From positions 12,047,659 through 12,111,658 of the forward strand of contig NC_090379.1 of NCBI RefSeq assembly GCF_036365525.1: a DNA stretch of 64,000 nucleotides. The letters run 5' to 3'. The stretch comes from Heterodontus francisci (lineage: Eukaryota). The notes under the pieces were generated by a model. That model saw nothing but the letters and a program-made list of their open reading frames with translations. It was not told where the DNA came from and ran no database searches. A program made the position numbers and the translations under genes. Shown piece after piece: positions 47,491 to 60,574 of the stretch (position 1 is the first letter of the stretch; every line of letters begins with the position of its first letter).

Positions 47491-48875
47491 ATTAGGGTAG
47501 ATGAAGGGAATTATGAGAGAAGCTTTTCTGGAGGAATTTAGAACAAGGGGGCACAATCTTAAAATTAGAATGAAATCATTTAGGAGTGAAATCAGGAAGC
47601 ATTTTTTTACAGACAAATCTGGTGGAAAATAGTGGATATCCGGAACTCATTTCTTCCAAAATGCTGTTGATGCGGGGGGTCATTTGAAAATGTCAAGACT
47701 GAGATTGATTTTTTAATTATTCAGTAACAAGGGGAGAACAACACATTGTTCTACTGAACTTCAACTCCACAAAATGTTACAATAGCCTGGAGCACTGCAA
47801 GTTTCCGATCTTGTTGTCTATTGTAGAGCAAAAGCCTCTTCCAATCGTAGTGTCAGTCACCCAGGGTTGTTTGTTGGACTTCCTAGGAAACTTTTAGCAT
47901 CTCTAGCTCACTTCCTTACCTGCGAAGAGAAAGAATTTTTTTTAAATTCAGTTGTTGAATTGGAAAGGTTGTTGTTTTGCAACCAAAAGACATCCAGCAC
48001 TGAGATAGTTAAATAATCAACTTGAACATACGGAGGAAGTAAACACCTTCTGATCAGTGTTCATGCAGATAATTTCTGTGAAACTCTGGCAGCTCCCAGC
48101 TCACCGAGATTTTAGTTTCCTGTATGTGAAAGATGATGTATTCATCAACGAACATTTAAATATCAACCAAAAATACTTTCTTCAGTCCCATTGTGGAGTG
48201 AGTCATAATTCTGCACTTGAAATACAGAATAAATCTGGAAGTGAAGTATTTTACTGGGAAATAAGCCAACATGTGCTTCCAAATCTCTGTGTCCTCGCCC
48301 GCCCCCGCCATTTGTAGCCTCATAACAGCCCTCTGAGATCATTGCTCCTCCAATTCTGGCCTTTTGTGCATACCAGAATTTCTACCTCATCCAATTCCAT
48401 ATCCTACTCCATCCAATCACATCATAGTCAGTCTGATTGAGCAGCCTTGGCGAGCACTTTAGTATCAGCAGAAGCCAAATAGGGTGGCTTCAGTATTGCG
48501 AGTTTTGAGCTGAAGGTTATTTTGGCTCATACAGGACTTGAAATCAGACAGGTAGTTGAGCGCTGTGACAGTCATGGCACAAAGAGTGCAGATGAAAGCT
48601 AGGTGTCAGCATGTAAGTGGACAGTGACTCCTTGTTTGCGTATGATGTTGTCAAGGGACAACAAAAACATAGTAAAACATCCCAAGGTGCTTCACAGGGG
48701 CCTAATCAAATGAAATTTGACACCAAGCCACATGAGATATTACGGCAGATGCTTGGTCACAGAGGTAGGTATTAAGGAGCATCTTAAAGGAGGGGAGAAG
48801 TTTAGGGAGGAAATTTGCATAGCTTAGGGCCCAGGCAGGTGAAAGTACGGCCACGAATAGTGGAGCAATTAAATT

Positions 48876-49010
48876 AAAAGCAAAATACTGCAGATGCTGG
48901 AAATCTGAAATAAAAACAAGAAATGCTGGAACCACTCAGCAGGTCTGGCAGCATCTGTGGAAAGAGAAGCAGAGTTAACGTTCCGGGTCAGTGACCCTTC
49001 TTCGGAACCC
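48876..49010 (-). mobile_element. Solo Penelope terminal repeat with 14-bp TSD, inserted in an L2 fragment
   Basis: TSD GGAGCAATTAAATT at 48862-48875 and 49011-49024. Almost identical to 2235-2369. Confidence 0.85.
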
Positions 49011-49865
49011 GGAGCAATTAAATTTGGGGTTGCTCAAGAGGGCAAAGGAGATCATGGATACAAACTGGGTCACAATTCAGACACAGGAAGAGGTCATTGT
49101 AGGAGATATAATGACTGCATTAAAACTGGAAGTAACTATGAGAGTGCAGTGACACAGTGGTGGTCCATGGAGGAGAGCAGTGGGAGAGAATGGAATGGTC
49201 TGTTTTATCTAAGGGAATAGAGAGATTGAGATGGAATATCTAACATGTCAATTGTAACTTTGACTATGGTGGTTTTGCTGTTGGTCCAGGACACAAACTA
49301 GATTGGAGAGGAGGCAAGATATATGAAGGCACAGTCTCAAGATGGAGTGTGGAAAGGCAGTAGAGGTTTAACTGTTTTACGTAGATGATGATTATATGGA
49401 ATGAACTGCCAAGGTACCAGGTGAAACATTTGATAGCTGAGTATCATGGAATACGGTACTTGCTAAACACTGGGTCTTGACAATTGGACCATAATGGGCT
49501 TTTCTGGCCCTGTAGATTTCAGTGTAATAGTTTGTAATTACATGATGCCAACCTTGTCCTTTAGTAGATTGTAGGATGAAGGAGAGATAGAATTCCACAC
49601 CTTCGAGATCCAGGGAAAGAATGGGTTGGAGCAGGAGTTAATGCAGTGAGTCCTCATTTCCATTGTAGAGCACGGACGCCAATAACAGTGCCTCTACCAC
49701 TACGCCTCCTCTCTGAGAGATCAGCTAACTCAACCCAAACACTGAGGATAGCCGACACATTTGATAATGTATTCAGATGTACATTTCCATGGAGAAACAC
49801 TTCACATGCTGCTATTTTAGTAATACGTATGTTTTCAGTTCTCTCAGGGCAGCTCGTCTCTTTTA

Positions 49866-50094
49866 CAAAAGCAAAATACTTCAGATGCTGGAAATCTGAA
49901 ATAAACAAAACAATTGCTGCAAGTACTCAGCAGGTCAGGCAGCATCTGTGGAAAAAGAAACAGTTAATATTTCAGATTGATGACTTTTTGTCAGAACTTG
50001 GAAGGTTATCAACCTGAAGCGTTAACTCCGTTTCTCTCTCCACGGATGCTACCTGACCTGCTGAATATTTCCAACATTTCTGTTTTTATTTCAG
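49866..50094. mobile_element. Older Penelope tail-to-tail hairpin
   Basis: Diverged inverted arms at about 49896-49988 and 50001-50094. Confidence 0.75.
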
Positions 50095-50529
50095 CCCATC
50101 TCTCTTGTCTCTTTATTAATTCCTTAATGCCATTAAGGATAACTTCTAAATTTGCTGAGCCAATTCCATGGAGCTTACATCTTCACATCTGCTATCACTA
50201 TGCATTGATTTTTATCCTGCTCCCTAGCACAGAAATATTGAGGCAAGTTGTATCCCTACCGCTGCCCAAAAGGGAGACCCACCATCTCAACGCCATAATG
50301 TGGGTCCTTCCTCTCACCTAGCTCAGTGCCACACTATGCACTGTCATTAGGGAAGCTTATACCAGCATTTGTTCAAGACTTAACACTGTTAATGTTATTC
50401 TCCAATCTCACAGCTTCCCACATCAGTTCCAATCACAGATTGAAAGATACAGGAATCACTAGTATCAAATGACACATTTTCTTGCCTACTCTGGGAGAAT
50501 ACTAGCCAGTTTGTATATCTGCTGGCAAA

Positions 50530-50910
50530 AAAAGACTTGCATTTATACACTGCCATTCACAACCTCAGAACACTGATGTAATATAGGAAAAGCGACAGCC
50601 AATTTGCACGCAACAAGATCCCATGAACAGCAGTGAGGTAAATGAGTTGATCTGTTCTAGTGATGTTGGTTGAGAGAGAAATATTGACCAGGACAATGGG
50701 AAGAATGCCCCTACTCTTCTTTGGGATCTTTAATGTCCATCTGGGAGGGTATAGGCGAGCTCGGTCTAATGTCTCATCCAAAAGATTACCCCTCTGACTT
50801 GCTCAGTACTACACTGGGAGTGTCAGCCTAGATTTTTGTGCTCAGGTCACTGGAGTGGGGCTTGACCTTTCAACCTTCTGACTCAGCGTCAAGCGTGCTA
50901 TCACTCCTTG
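50530..50910 (-). mobile_element. Deu-domain SINE
   Basis: Collinear with 33715-34110. Confidence 0.65.
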
Positions 50911-50939
50911 AATAGAACCCAATGGCATAACATCTCATA

Positions 50940-51270
50940 GAGAGATACAGCACTGAAACAGGCCCTTCGGCCCACCAAGTCTGTGCCGACCAACAACCAC
51001 CCATTTATACTAATCCTACATTAATCCCATATTCCCTACCACATCCCCACCATTCTCCTACCACCTACCTACACTAGGGGCAATTTCCAATGGCCAATTT
51101 ACCTATCAACCTGCAAGTCTTTGGCTGTGGGAGGAAACCAGAGCACCCGGCGGAAACCCACGGGATCACAGGGAGAACTTGCAAACTCCACACAGACAGT
51201 ACCCAGAACCAAACCCGGGTCGCTTGAGCTGTGAGGCTGCGGTGCTAACCACTGCACCACTGTGCTGCCC
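50940..51270 (-). mobile_element. HE1-type V-SINE
   Basis: Highly similar to 22300-22610. Confidence 0.85.
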
Positions 51271-52089
51271 AGTGTAGTTTGCTTCCCTCAATTTTGTTCC
51301 TCATCTCTTAAAAATGCAAATTTAAGTGGACAGATCAGCCACAGATTTTCTACTCACACCCACCAGAACCTGGCCGGGCCGACTGCAGACACCGACCCTG
51401 AAATGTCACAGGACCCCAGGACAGCGGACACACCACACCCGGGAGAAAATCGCCGTTCCAAACCATTCCCTCGCCATCTCCCGGGCAACAAAAATAGAAG
51501 ATATCCAGCGACAGGAAAGTGAACACCATCCGCGCCCCCAGGAGACAAGCGAGACACGCAATTGCCACCCGTCCAATCCACGATGCACCCAGGAGGGAAA
51601 CAGCACCTCTGGAATCTCAGCCAAAACCAAGCACAAAAAAAAAATCAGCCTTAAAAAGAGCCTTTCAGGGATGGTGATTTTACTTGCGCCTGAAATTGTC
51701 TTCAATAAATCATTTTTTTTCCAGCAAAGACATATGAATCAACATGAAGCTGATTTAAATGGAACAATAAAGGCAAAGTATTGTCAGTGGAAAATATTTA
51801 ATCATGAGCCTGGCTGCAAGATGTTCCTAGTGACTAGAATGTCAGCTCGCAGAATGTCAAACTGCACCAATATTTCCAATTCACTGACATTGAATACAAA
51901 TACTGGAGATGAAAATAATTTCCATTTTCTTGCTCCTTCCTAGTAGTGCTGACTCTCTTTCAGGCTCATGCCACAGCTGGGGCCTGATCTTTTGCAGGGT
52001 GTGCTATAATTTCACATCTTTTGTGGGATGGGTTACAATCCCACAGCTAGGGATTGATTCTTATGCAGGTGGGAGACTATAACTCTCCA

Positions 52090-54015
52090 ACTGGAGCAGA
52101 AAAAGAAAGCTTACGACAATCACAAAAATCTTAATACTTTAGAAAGCCTAGAAGAGTATAGAAAGTGCAGAGGTGAAGTAAAAAAGGAAATTAGAAAAGC
52201 AAGGAGAGGACATGAAAAATTATTGGCAGGTAAAATCAAGGAAAATCCGAAGATGTTTTATCAGTACAAGAGCAAGAGGATAACTAAGGCCTATCAGAGA
52301 TGTACAGGGAACTAATGCGTGGAAACAGAAGATGTGGGCAGAGTTCTTAATGAGTTTTTTTGTCTCTGTCTTCATAAAGGAGAGGGATGATGTAGACATT
52401 GTAGTTAAAGAGGAGGAGTGTGAAATATTAGATACAGTAAGCATAATGAGAGAGGAAGTATTAGAGGGTCTGGCATCCTTGAAAGTGGATAAATCACCAG
52501 GGCTGGATGGATTGCATCCCAGGTTGTTAAAGGAAGCCAGGGAGGAAATTGCGGATGTGTTGAGGATCATCTTCAAATCCTCACTAGATACAGGAGAGGT
52601 ACCAGATGATTGAAGGTCTGAGAACGTTGTACCATTGTTTAAAAAGGGTGCAAGGGATAGGCCAAATAATTATAGGCTGGTCAGTCTGACCTCGGTGGTG
52701 GGTAAATTGTTTGGAATCTATTCTGACGGACAGGATAAACTGCCACTTAGAAAGGCATGAATTAATCAGGGATAGTCAGCATGAATTTGTTAAGGGGACA
52801 TCATGTCTTACTAACTTAATTGAGTTTTTTGAGGAAGTAAGAAGGATTGATGAGGGTAGTGTAGTGGATGTGGTCTACATGGATTTTAGTAAGACATTTG
52901 ACAAGGTCCTACATGGCTGACTGGTCAGTAAAATGAAAGCCCTTGGGATACAGGGGAATGTGGCAGGTTGGATCCAGAATTGGCTCAGGGCCAAGAAACA
53001 AAGGGTAGTAGTCGACGGATGTTTTTGTGAATGGAAAGCTGTTTCCAGTGGCGTTCCACAAGGTTCAGTGTTGGGTCCCTTGCTGTTTGTGGTATAATCG
53101 ATTTGTGAGGCATGATTGGGAAATTTGTTGATGACACAAAAATTGGCCATATAGTTGATAGTGAAGAGGATAGCCGTAGATTCCAGAAAAATATCAATGG
53201 TTTGATTGAGTGGGCAGAAAAGTGGCAAATGAAATTCAATCCAGAGAAGTGTGAGGTAATGCATTTTGGGAGGTCAAATAAAACGAGGGAATACACAATA
53301 AATGGGAGTATATTGAGAGGGGTAGAAGAAGTGAGAGACCTTGGAGTGCATGTCCACAGGTCCCTGAAGGTGGCAGAACAGGTAGCTAGAGTGGCGAAGA
53401 AGGCATTAGGAATGCTTTTCTTTATTGGCTGAGGTATAGAATTCAAAAGCAGAAATGTAATGCTGGAACTGTAGAAAACGCTGGTTAGGCGTTAGTTGGA
53501 ATATTGCATACAGTTCTGGTCACCACATTACAGAAAGGACATAATTGCTCTGGAGAGAGTACAGAGGAGATTTACAAGAATGTTGCCAGGGCTCGAAAGT
53601 TGCAGCTATGAGGAAAGATTGGATAGGCTAGGGTTGTTTTCCTTTGAACAGAGGAGGCTGAGGGGTGCCTTAATAGGTGTGCAAAATTATGAGGGGCCTA
53701 AATAGAGTAGACAGGAAGGACCTGTTTCCCCTAGCAGAGAGCTCAATTACCAGGGGGCACAGATTTGAGGTGATTGGTAGAAGGATTAGAAGGGGCATGA
53801 GGAAAAACTTTTTCACCCAGAGGGTGGTGGGTGTCTGGAACTCACTGCCTGGATCGGTGGTGGAGGCAGAAACCCTCAGTTTTTTTAAAAGGTACCTGAA
53901 GTGCTGTAACCTGCAAGGCTATGGACCAGGTTGGAAGGTGGGATTAGATTGGGCGGCTGGTATTTTCGGCTGGCATGGACACGTTGGGCTGAATGGCCTC
54001 TTTCTATGGTTCTAT
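52090..54015 (+). mobile_element. 5'-truncated CR1 LINE
   Basis: KSPGLDGLHPRLLKE, DFSKTFDKV, FVDDTKIG and FFTQRVVGVWNSLP. Confidence 0.9.
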
Positions 54016-54861
54016 GGTCCTCTTATAAGATCATAGCAAATAGGAGCAGGAGTAGGCCTTTCAACCCCTTGAGCACTGCCATTCAATAATATCATAGCTG
54101 ATCTGATTGTGGCCTTAACTCCACTGTTCTGCCAGTCCCCATTACCCTAGTAGATCAAAAACCTGTCTAACACAGCCTTGAATATATTGAATGGCTCAGC
54201 CTCCACTGCTGTCTGGTGAAGAGAATTCCAAAGATTAACAGCCCTCTGAGAGAAGAAATTCCTCCTCATCTCTGTCTTAAATGGGAGACCCCTTATTTTT
54301 GAACTGTGCTCCCTAGTTCTAGACTCCCCCACGAGGGGAAACATCCTGTCAAGCCCCCTCAGAATCTTTTATGTTTCAATAACATGACTTCTCATTCTTC
54401 TAAACTCCAATGAGTATAGGCCCAGTCTGCACAACCTTTCCTCATAAGGCAACCCCTTCATCCCAGGAATCAACCTGGTGAAATGTCTTTGAACTGCCTC
54501 CAATGCAAGTATATCCCTCAAGTAAGGAGACCAAAACTGTAAGCAGTGCTCTAGGTGCAGTCTCACCAATTCCCTTTCCAGTTGTAACAAGACTTCATGA
54601 CTTTCGTACTCTATCCCCCTTACATTCCATTTGCCTTCCTAATTACATGCTAATTCATGTTCCCAGATCCCTTTGTACCGCAGCATTCCGCAATCCTTCT
54701 CCAAGTAAATAATATTTAGCTTTTCTATTTTTCCTGCCAAAGTGAACAACCTCACATTTTCCCACGTTATACTTCATCTGCCAAATTTTTGCCAGGTGCT
54801 TAACCTATCTATATTCCATTGCAGATTCCTTGTGTCCTCCTCACAACTTGTTTTCCTACCT

Positions 54862-55742
54862 ATTTGCAGATGACACAAAGATTGGCCGTGTGGTAGATAG
54901 CGAGGAGGATAACTGTAGACTGCAGGAAGATATTGATCGTTTGGTCAGATGGGCAGAAAAGTGGCAAATGGAATTCAACTTGGTGTGAGGTGATTTGGGG
55001 AGGTCAAACAAGGCAAAGGAATACACGATTAATGGGAAAATACTGAGAAGTGTAGAGGAAGTAAGGGACCTTGGAGTGAATATCCACAGATCCCTGAAGG
55101 TAGCAGGACAGGTTGATAAGGTGGTTAAGAAAGCATGTGCAATCCTTTCCTTTATTAGCCGAGGTGTAGAATATAAGAGCAGGGAGGTTATGCTGGAACT
55201 GTATAACTCATTGGTTAGGCCACAACTTGAGTACAGTGTGCAGTTCTGGTCACCTTATTACAGAAAGGATGTAACTGCACTAGAGAGGGTACAGAGGAGA
55301 TTTACGAGGATGTTGCCAGGACTAGAAAAATGCAGCTATGAGGAAAGATTGGATAGGCTGAGGTTGTTCTCCTTGGAACAGAAAAGGCTGAGGCTAGATC
55401 TGATTGAAATCTACAAAATGTTGTGGGGTCTGGATAGAGTGGAGGTGAAGGGCCTATTCACCTTAGCAGAGAGATCAGTGACTAGGGGGCATAGATTTAT
55501 GATTGGTAGTAAAATTAGAGGGGAGATGAAGAAAAACTTTTTCACCCAGAGGGTGGTGGGGGTCTGGAACTCACTGCCTGAAAGGGTAGTTGAGGCAGAA
55601 ACCCTCAACTCATTCAAAAGGAGCACCTCAAGTACCATAATCTGCAGTACTACGGACCAAATGATGGAAGGTGGGATTAGAATAGGTGGATAGTTTTTTG
55701 GCCGGCACAGACACGATGGGCCTTAAACTTTCTATGATTCTA
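54862..55742 (+). mobile_element. CR1 3' fragment starting at FADDTK
   Basis: ORF 54995-55693 is a CR1 RT C-terminus, followed by a (TTCTATGA)-type tail. Confidence 0.88.
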
Positions 55743-56051
55743 TCTTTGTATCTCCACACGTTTGGGTACAATACACTTGGCCCCTTCATCCAAGTTATTA
55801 ATATTATTGTAAATAGTTGAGGCCCAGCACTGATCCCTGTGGCACTCCACTAGTTTCAGTTTGTATACTCTGAAAATGCCCCATTTATCTGGGCTCTCTG
55901 TTTCCTGTTAATTAGCCAATCATCTATCCATGCTAATATATTACCCCAACACCATGAGCTCTTATCTTGTGTGGTAACCTTTCATGTGGCACCTTATCGA
56001 ATGCCTTTTGGAAATCCAAATGCACTACATCTACTTGTTCCCCTTTACCCT

Positions 56052-56308
56052 AAATCTAATGGTGACCGTGAAACCATTGTCAATTGTTGTAAAAACCCAT
56101 CTGGTTCACTAATGTCCTTTAGGGAAGGAAATCTGCCATCCTTACTTGGTCTGGCCTACATGTGATTCCAGACCCACAGCAACGTGCTTGACTCTTAACT
56201 GTTTCTGAAATGGCCTAACAAGTCACTCAGTCATCAAGGGCAATTAGGGATGGGCAACAAATGCAGGCCTAGCGTGCCCATATCCCACAATAACAAATAA
56301 AAAAAAAT
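56052..56308 (+). mobile_element. 5'-truncated copy of the tRNA-derived SINE
   Basis: Matches 21580-21834. A further degraded copy lies at about 59920-60135. Confidence 0.8.
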
Positions 56309-57911
56309 CCACCTTGCTTGTTGCATCTTCAAAGAACTCTAATAAATTAACCAAACATGATTTCCCTTTCATAAAACCATGTTGACTCTGCCTGATTGTA
56401 TTATGATTTTCTAAATGTTCTACCGTTTTCCCAATAACAGATTTGAGGGTAACTGGCCTACAGTTTCCTACTTTCTGTTTCCCTCCTTTCTTAAATAGTG
56501 GTGTTACATTTGCGGTTTTCCAATCTGCTGTGACCATTCCAGGATCTAGGGAATTTTGGAAGGTTACAACCAATGTATCTACTGTCTCTGCAGCCACGTC
56601 TTTTAAGACCCTAGGATGCAGGTCATCAGATTCAGGGGACTTGTCAACCTGCTTATGACAGATGTCAGTTGGTTAATACAATTGAGAACCAGGCCGAATA
56701 TAGAAGTTTCAGAGGAGAATTGAAAAAACAAATAAGAAGCCAAGAGAGAGTATGAGAAGAGACTGGTCATTAACACAGATCAGAAGCAGGCACCCCATTG
56801 TTTCCTTGTCTAATTCTACCGCTCCTTATCCTGGGCCCTCTGCAGCCAATTATCATAACCCAATGAGCACCTAGCTGGGATCAGCTAACTCTGTACTGTG
56901 TAAAGAACTAAACTTGGGGGGCCTTCTTGGTGTTTATGCTGGGTGGTGCATTTATCATTAAACATGGCAGGGCATCTTTACAAGAGGAGCATTATTTCTG
57001 TAAATTTGTTGGCAATGTTCTTAACTGTTTATCCTGTGCTACTCAATAGTGAAGTATTATGGCGCAGAGAAATGGGAGCCTTTTCCTATTTTGGGCACCA
57101 AGTGTCAGTGTAAAACATTGAGGTATAACAGAGGGTAGCTGCACATTAAAGCTCTCTCCACAGTGTGTCTTACTTCAGAGGAGCCTCACCTACTCTACTG
57201 TTATAACACCTCCATTTCCCAAAACGCTTTTAGCCTCACTAAGTGAGATGAACAAGTTTGTCCATGCTCAGTTGGAACTGTGTTAATACAGTACAATCTC
57301 ATTTCATGCAGGATCCTAAGGGCCATCATCAAGAGGAAACTTTTGTCCCATCAGTCTAGACTGGAAACACTGCCAGGTCCCAAGGAAACTGGGATAACTC
57401 ATAACAACACTTAATCCCCAGCTACATTTATGAAGACTCCACTGTAACATCTCATCCCCATAGTGCCAATTTCTTGCTCTTGTTTTCACTTCACTCCATA
57501 GTCTTGTTCCAGCCTGTCTCTTAATGCTTGCCTAGTTCTGCACCCTAACTCTCTCACGCTGCTCATTCATTCTGGTCTACAGTAGGTTTCCTGGACCCTT
57601 CTCTGCTATTAGCGGCTGAGGTTCAGTTATTGCACCTCTGCACTCTGAAGCTCTGCCTAAACTGCTTTGCCTTGCTATCTGTCTTCATTCCTTAAATCCT
57701 AACCCTTTGGTCATCTTCCCGCTCAGGGTCCGCTGCTTTATTCAGTGCTGTTTTTCGGACTTTGCTGTGCACAAATTGCTGCCTCGTTTCCTACATTACA
57801 ACATTTCAAAATTCATTTGATAGTAATGTGCTTTGGACGTCCTGAAGTCATGAAAGGCTGTATAAAGAGTCTTAGAACATTTTGTATCATGAAAGGTTCT
57901 TTATAAATGTA

Positions 57912-58021
57912 ATAAAAGCAAAATGCTGCAGATGCTAGAAATCAGAAATGAAAACAAAGTGCTGGAAATACTCAGCAAGTCAGGCAGCATCTGTGGAGAG
58001 AGAACCAGAGTTAACGTTTCA
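57912..58021 (-). mobile_element. Penelope terminal fragment
   Basis: Matches 2233-2345. Confidence 0.7.
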
Positions 58022-58189
58022 ACTAACCCTGTACTGGCTAGAGATTCGCACGGCCCGGTATGACACCGGAAGGTGCACTTAGCCATAAAAAAGAAAACCC
58101 GAGTAAGTTTCTGGTTTTCTGTGAAAAAAGATAAAGCATGGGGAGAGAGAAGGCTGTTTTCTCCATTGGGAATGCCTGTCTAGCATTTC

Positions 58190-59155
58190 TACTCAGCATG
58201 GTCATAGTTGATCTTCTGCCTCAACTCCCCTTTCGTGCCTGCTCCCCATGTCCCTTGATTCTCAGAGACCAAAAATCTATCTCAGCCTTAAATGTGTTCA
58301 ACGATGGAACATCCACAGCTCTCTTGGGTAGAAAATTTGAAAGGTTCACAACCCTTCAGGAAAGAAATATCTCCTCATCTCAGTCATAAATGATAAATCC
58401 CTTATTCTGAGACTGTGCTAGACATGTTCTAGATTCCCCATTCAGGGGAAACAATCTCGCTGTCTACCCATTCCAGCCCCTTCAGAATCTTGTATATTTC
58501 AATGAGATCACCTCTCATTCTTCTAAACTCCAGAATGTGTAGGCCCAGTTTACTCCGCCTGTCATTAGAGGACAACTCTCTCATCTCAGGGCCTAATCTA
58601 GTGAACCTTTGCTGCACCACCTCCATGGTTAGTATAGTCTTGCTTAGACTTTGAGACCAAAACTGCGCACAGTACTCCAGATGAAGTCTTATCAAAGCCC
58701 TATACAATTGTAGTAAGACCTCCTTATTCTTGTACTCCAATCCCCTTGCAATAAAGGCCAACAAGCCATTTGGCTTCCTAATTGCTTGCTGTACCCTCAT
58801 GCTAACTTTCTGTGTCCTTTGTAGTACACCCAAGTGTCTCTGAACATCAATTTTAATAGTTTCATGCTTTTTTTTAAATATTCTGCTTTTCTATTCTTAC
58901 TACTGAAGTGAATAAACTCACACATCCCCACATTCTACTCCATCTGTCACATTGTTACTCACTCACTTAACCTGTTTATATCTCTTTTCAGCCTCATTGT
59001 GTCCTCCTTACAGCTTCCATTCCCACCTAATTTTGATTTGTCAGCAAACTTGGATACATTACACATGGCCAATTTGTCTAAGTCATTAATATAGATTGTA
59101 AATAGCTGAGACCACAGCACTGATCCTTGCAGCACCCACTAGTTACAGCCTGCCT
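58190..59155 (-). mobile_element. CR1 LINE fragment
   Basis: ORF 58833-58429 with LIRLHLEYCAQFWS...RRMRGDLIEIYKIL. Confidence 0.85.
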
Positions 59156-59313
59156 AGTGAGGTACTCTGAGGTGCAATAGTCTCTTGACTCATACTGGCT
59201 AGACTACAGTCCTGTGGAACTGTACACCTCCTTAAACCAGGTCCATCGGTAGAGGAGTGGAGAAAATTGGGAATGTACAGTGTTATTAATCTCCAATTTA
59301 ATTTATCTTCTAG

Positions 59314-59516
59314 CTGAAGTATACATTGGAATGGGAAAGCCTACTGAGGCCACGGCGTGCATTCAGGAGGCAGCTAACCTCTTCCCCACGTCACACAATG
59401 TGTTGTTCATGCGTGGTCAAGTGGCAGAGCTCCGAGGGAATATCGATGAAGCCAAACGCTGGTATGAAGAGGCTTTGTCCATCAGTCCCACTCATGTCAA
59501 GACAATGCAAAGACTG
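59314..59516 (+). CDS. TTC7B: TTC7B coding exon with TPR repeats (203 nt), probably the penultimate exon
   Basis: ttctAG acceptor and GTAAGT donor. Encodes AEVYIGMGKPTEATACIQEAANLFPTSHNVLFMRGQVAELRGNIDEAKRWYEEALSISPTHVKTMQRL, in frame with the previous exon. Confidence 0.95.
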
Positions 59517-60574
59517 GTAAGTGACTTCTTTGTGGTTGTGTTTCTAAACTGATGTTTTATCTTGTAAATTAAACCCTAAGTTGTTCTGCTTAGTTGTATT
59601 TGTATAATCATAGATTAAAAATGGTTTTTGTATCGATGGTTTAAGTATTAATGTTATGTCCATCCAGGTTTCTTTATGTCATTAGAGCCAACATTCCTGT
59701 TGATGTTTCCATCATTAATTTTTATGTGTGCTTTTATAATGGAAAGATCATTATGGCTGCAACGCCACTATTGGTGGAAAAATGGGATTACAGTGTGACA
59801 AGTTTACATTGGCAATCACCATTATAAATGTGCACACAAGAATTTTTAATGGAAATATAGCGTAAGGACAGAATCTATCAATCTGAATTATACCTACATG
59901 CCTAATTCAACGATCTCCACCCTGGGAATTTGAATTCTGTTTTAAAATCTAGAAATAAAAACTTGTATCAAAAAAAGTGAAGCTGTCGGATTGTTGTAAA
60001 AACCCAACTAGTTCACACATGTCTTTTCGGAAAGGAAACCAGCTGTCCTTACCCTTTCTAGCCTATATGTGATTTCAGACCCACACTTAGAGTTGACTAT
60101 TAACTGCCTTTTGGAGTGGCAAGCAAGCCATTCATATATCAAACTGCTAGGATTCAAGAATAAATCGGAGTCACTGATTTAATTATAAATAAGGCTGTAT
60201 GAATTCTGATAATTAGTCATCGTTTGATAGTCTCATTGTCATAGGGCACTGTTGCAAAATTTTTCTTATAAATAAGACAATTGTGGGAGATTCATGAGTT
60301 AACACCAGATATCCTTCAGTTCTAGAGGTTTGTTTTGGGTGAATGGAAATAGCGCAAGACCTTTTGGTTAAGAAATGTTTCCCTTTGAATCTTTGATCTG
60401 CTGGAACTGTACAATCCACATTCTTACAACCCTTTGTGTGAAGAATTAAGTTTCTTGGCTGCACTTTGAACTAGCTTAGTTTGGATTCTAGGATCATTTC
60501 ACCTTGTTCTGGCTTCCCTACTAGAGGAAAAAGTAATTTCCTCTCTAATCTGTTGCAATATTGATGGAGTAACA

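Larger units (their letters stand above)
54030..56650 (-). mobile_element. CR1 LINE interrupted by a + strand CR1 and a SINE
   Basis: RT fragments at 54147-54590 and 56310-56597, contiguous across the inserts. Confidence 0.8.

Noticed and set aside
51326-51943. 205-aa ORF
   Set aside because: GTG start, no domain signature, and it crosses a compositional boundary. Likely a chance ORF.
58032-59203. TACTGGCTAGA direct repeat as a TSD
   Set aside because: Only 11 nt, and not flush with the CR1 boundaries.
19089-59516. Assignment to the paralog TTC7A
   Set aside because: DSGRGSSLLDR, PDFSDPETG and [14 protein letters not shown] match TTC7B as I know it; TTC7A differs in this region.
59280-59552. 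Stand-alone 90-aa TPR protein
   Set aside because: It is a TTC7B exon plus intronic read-through on both sides.
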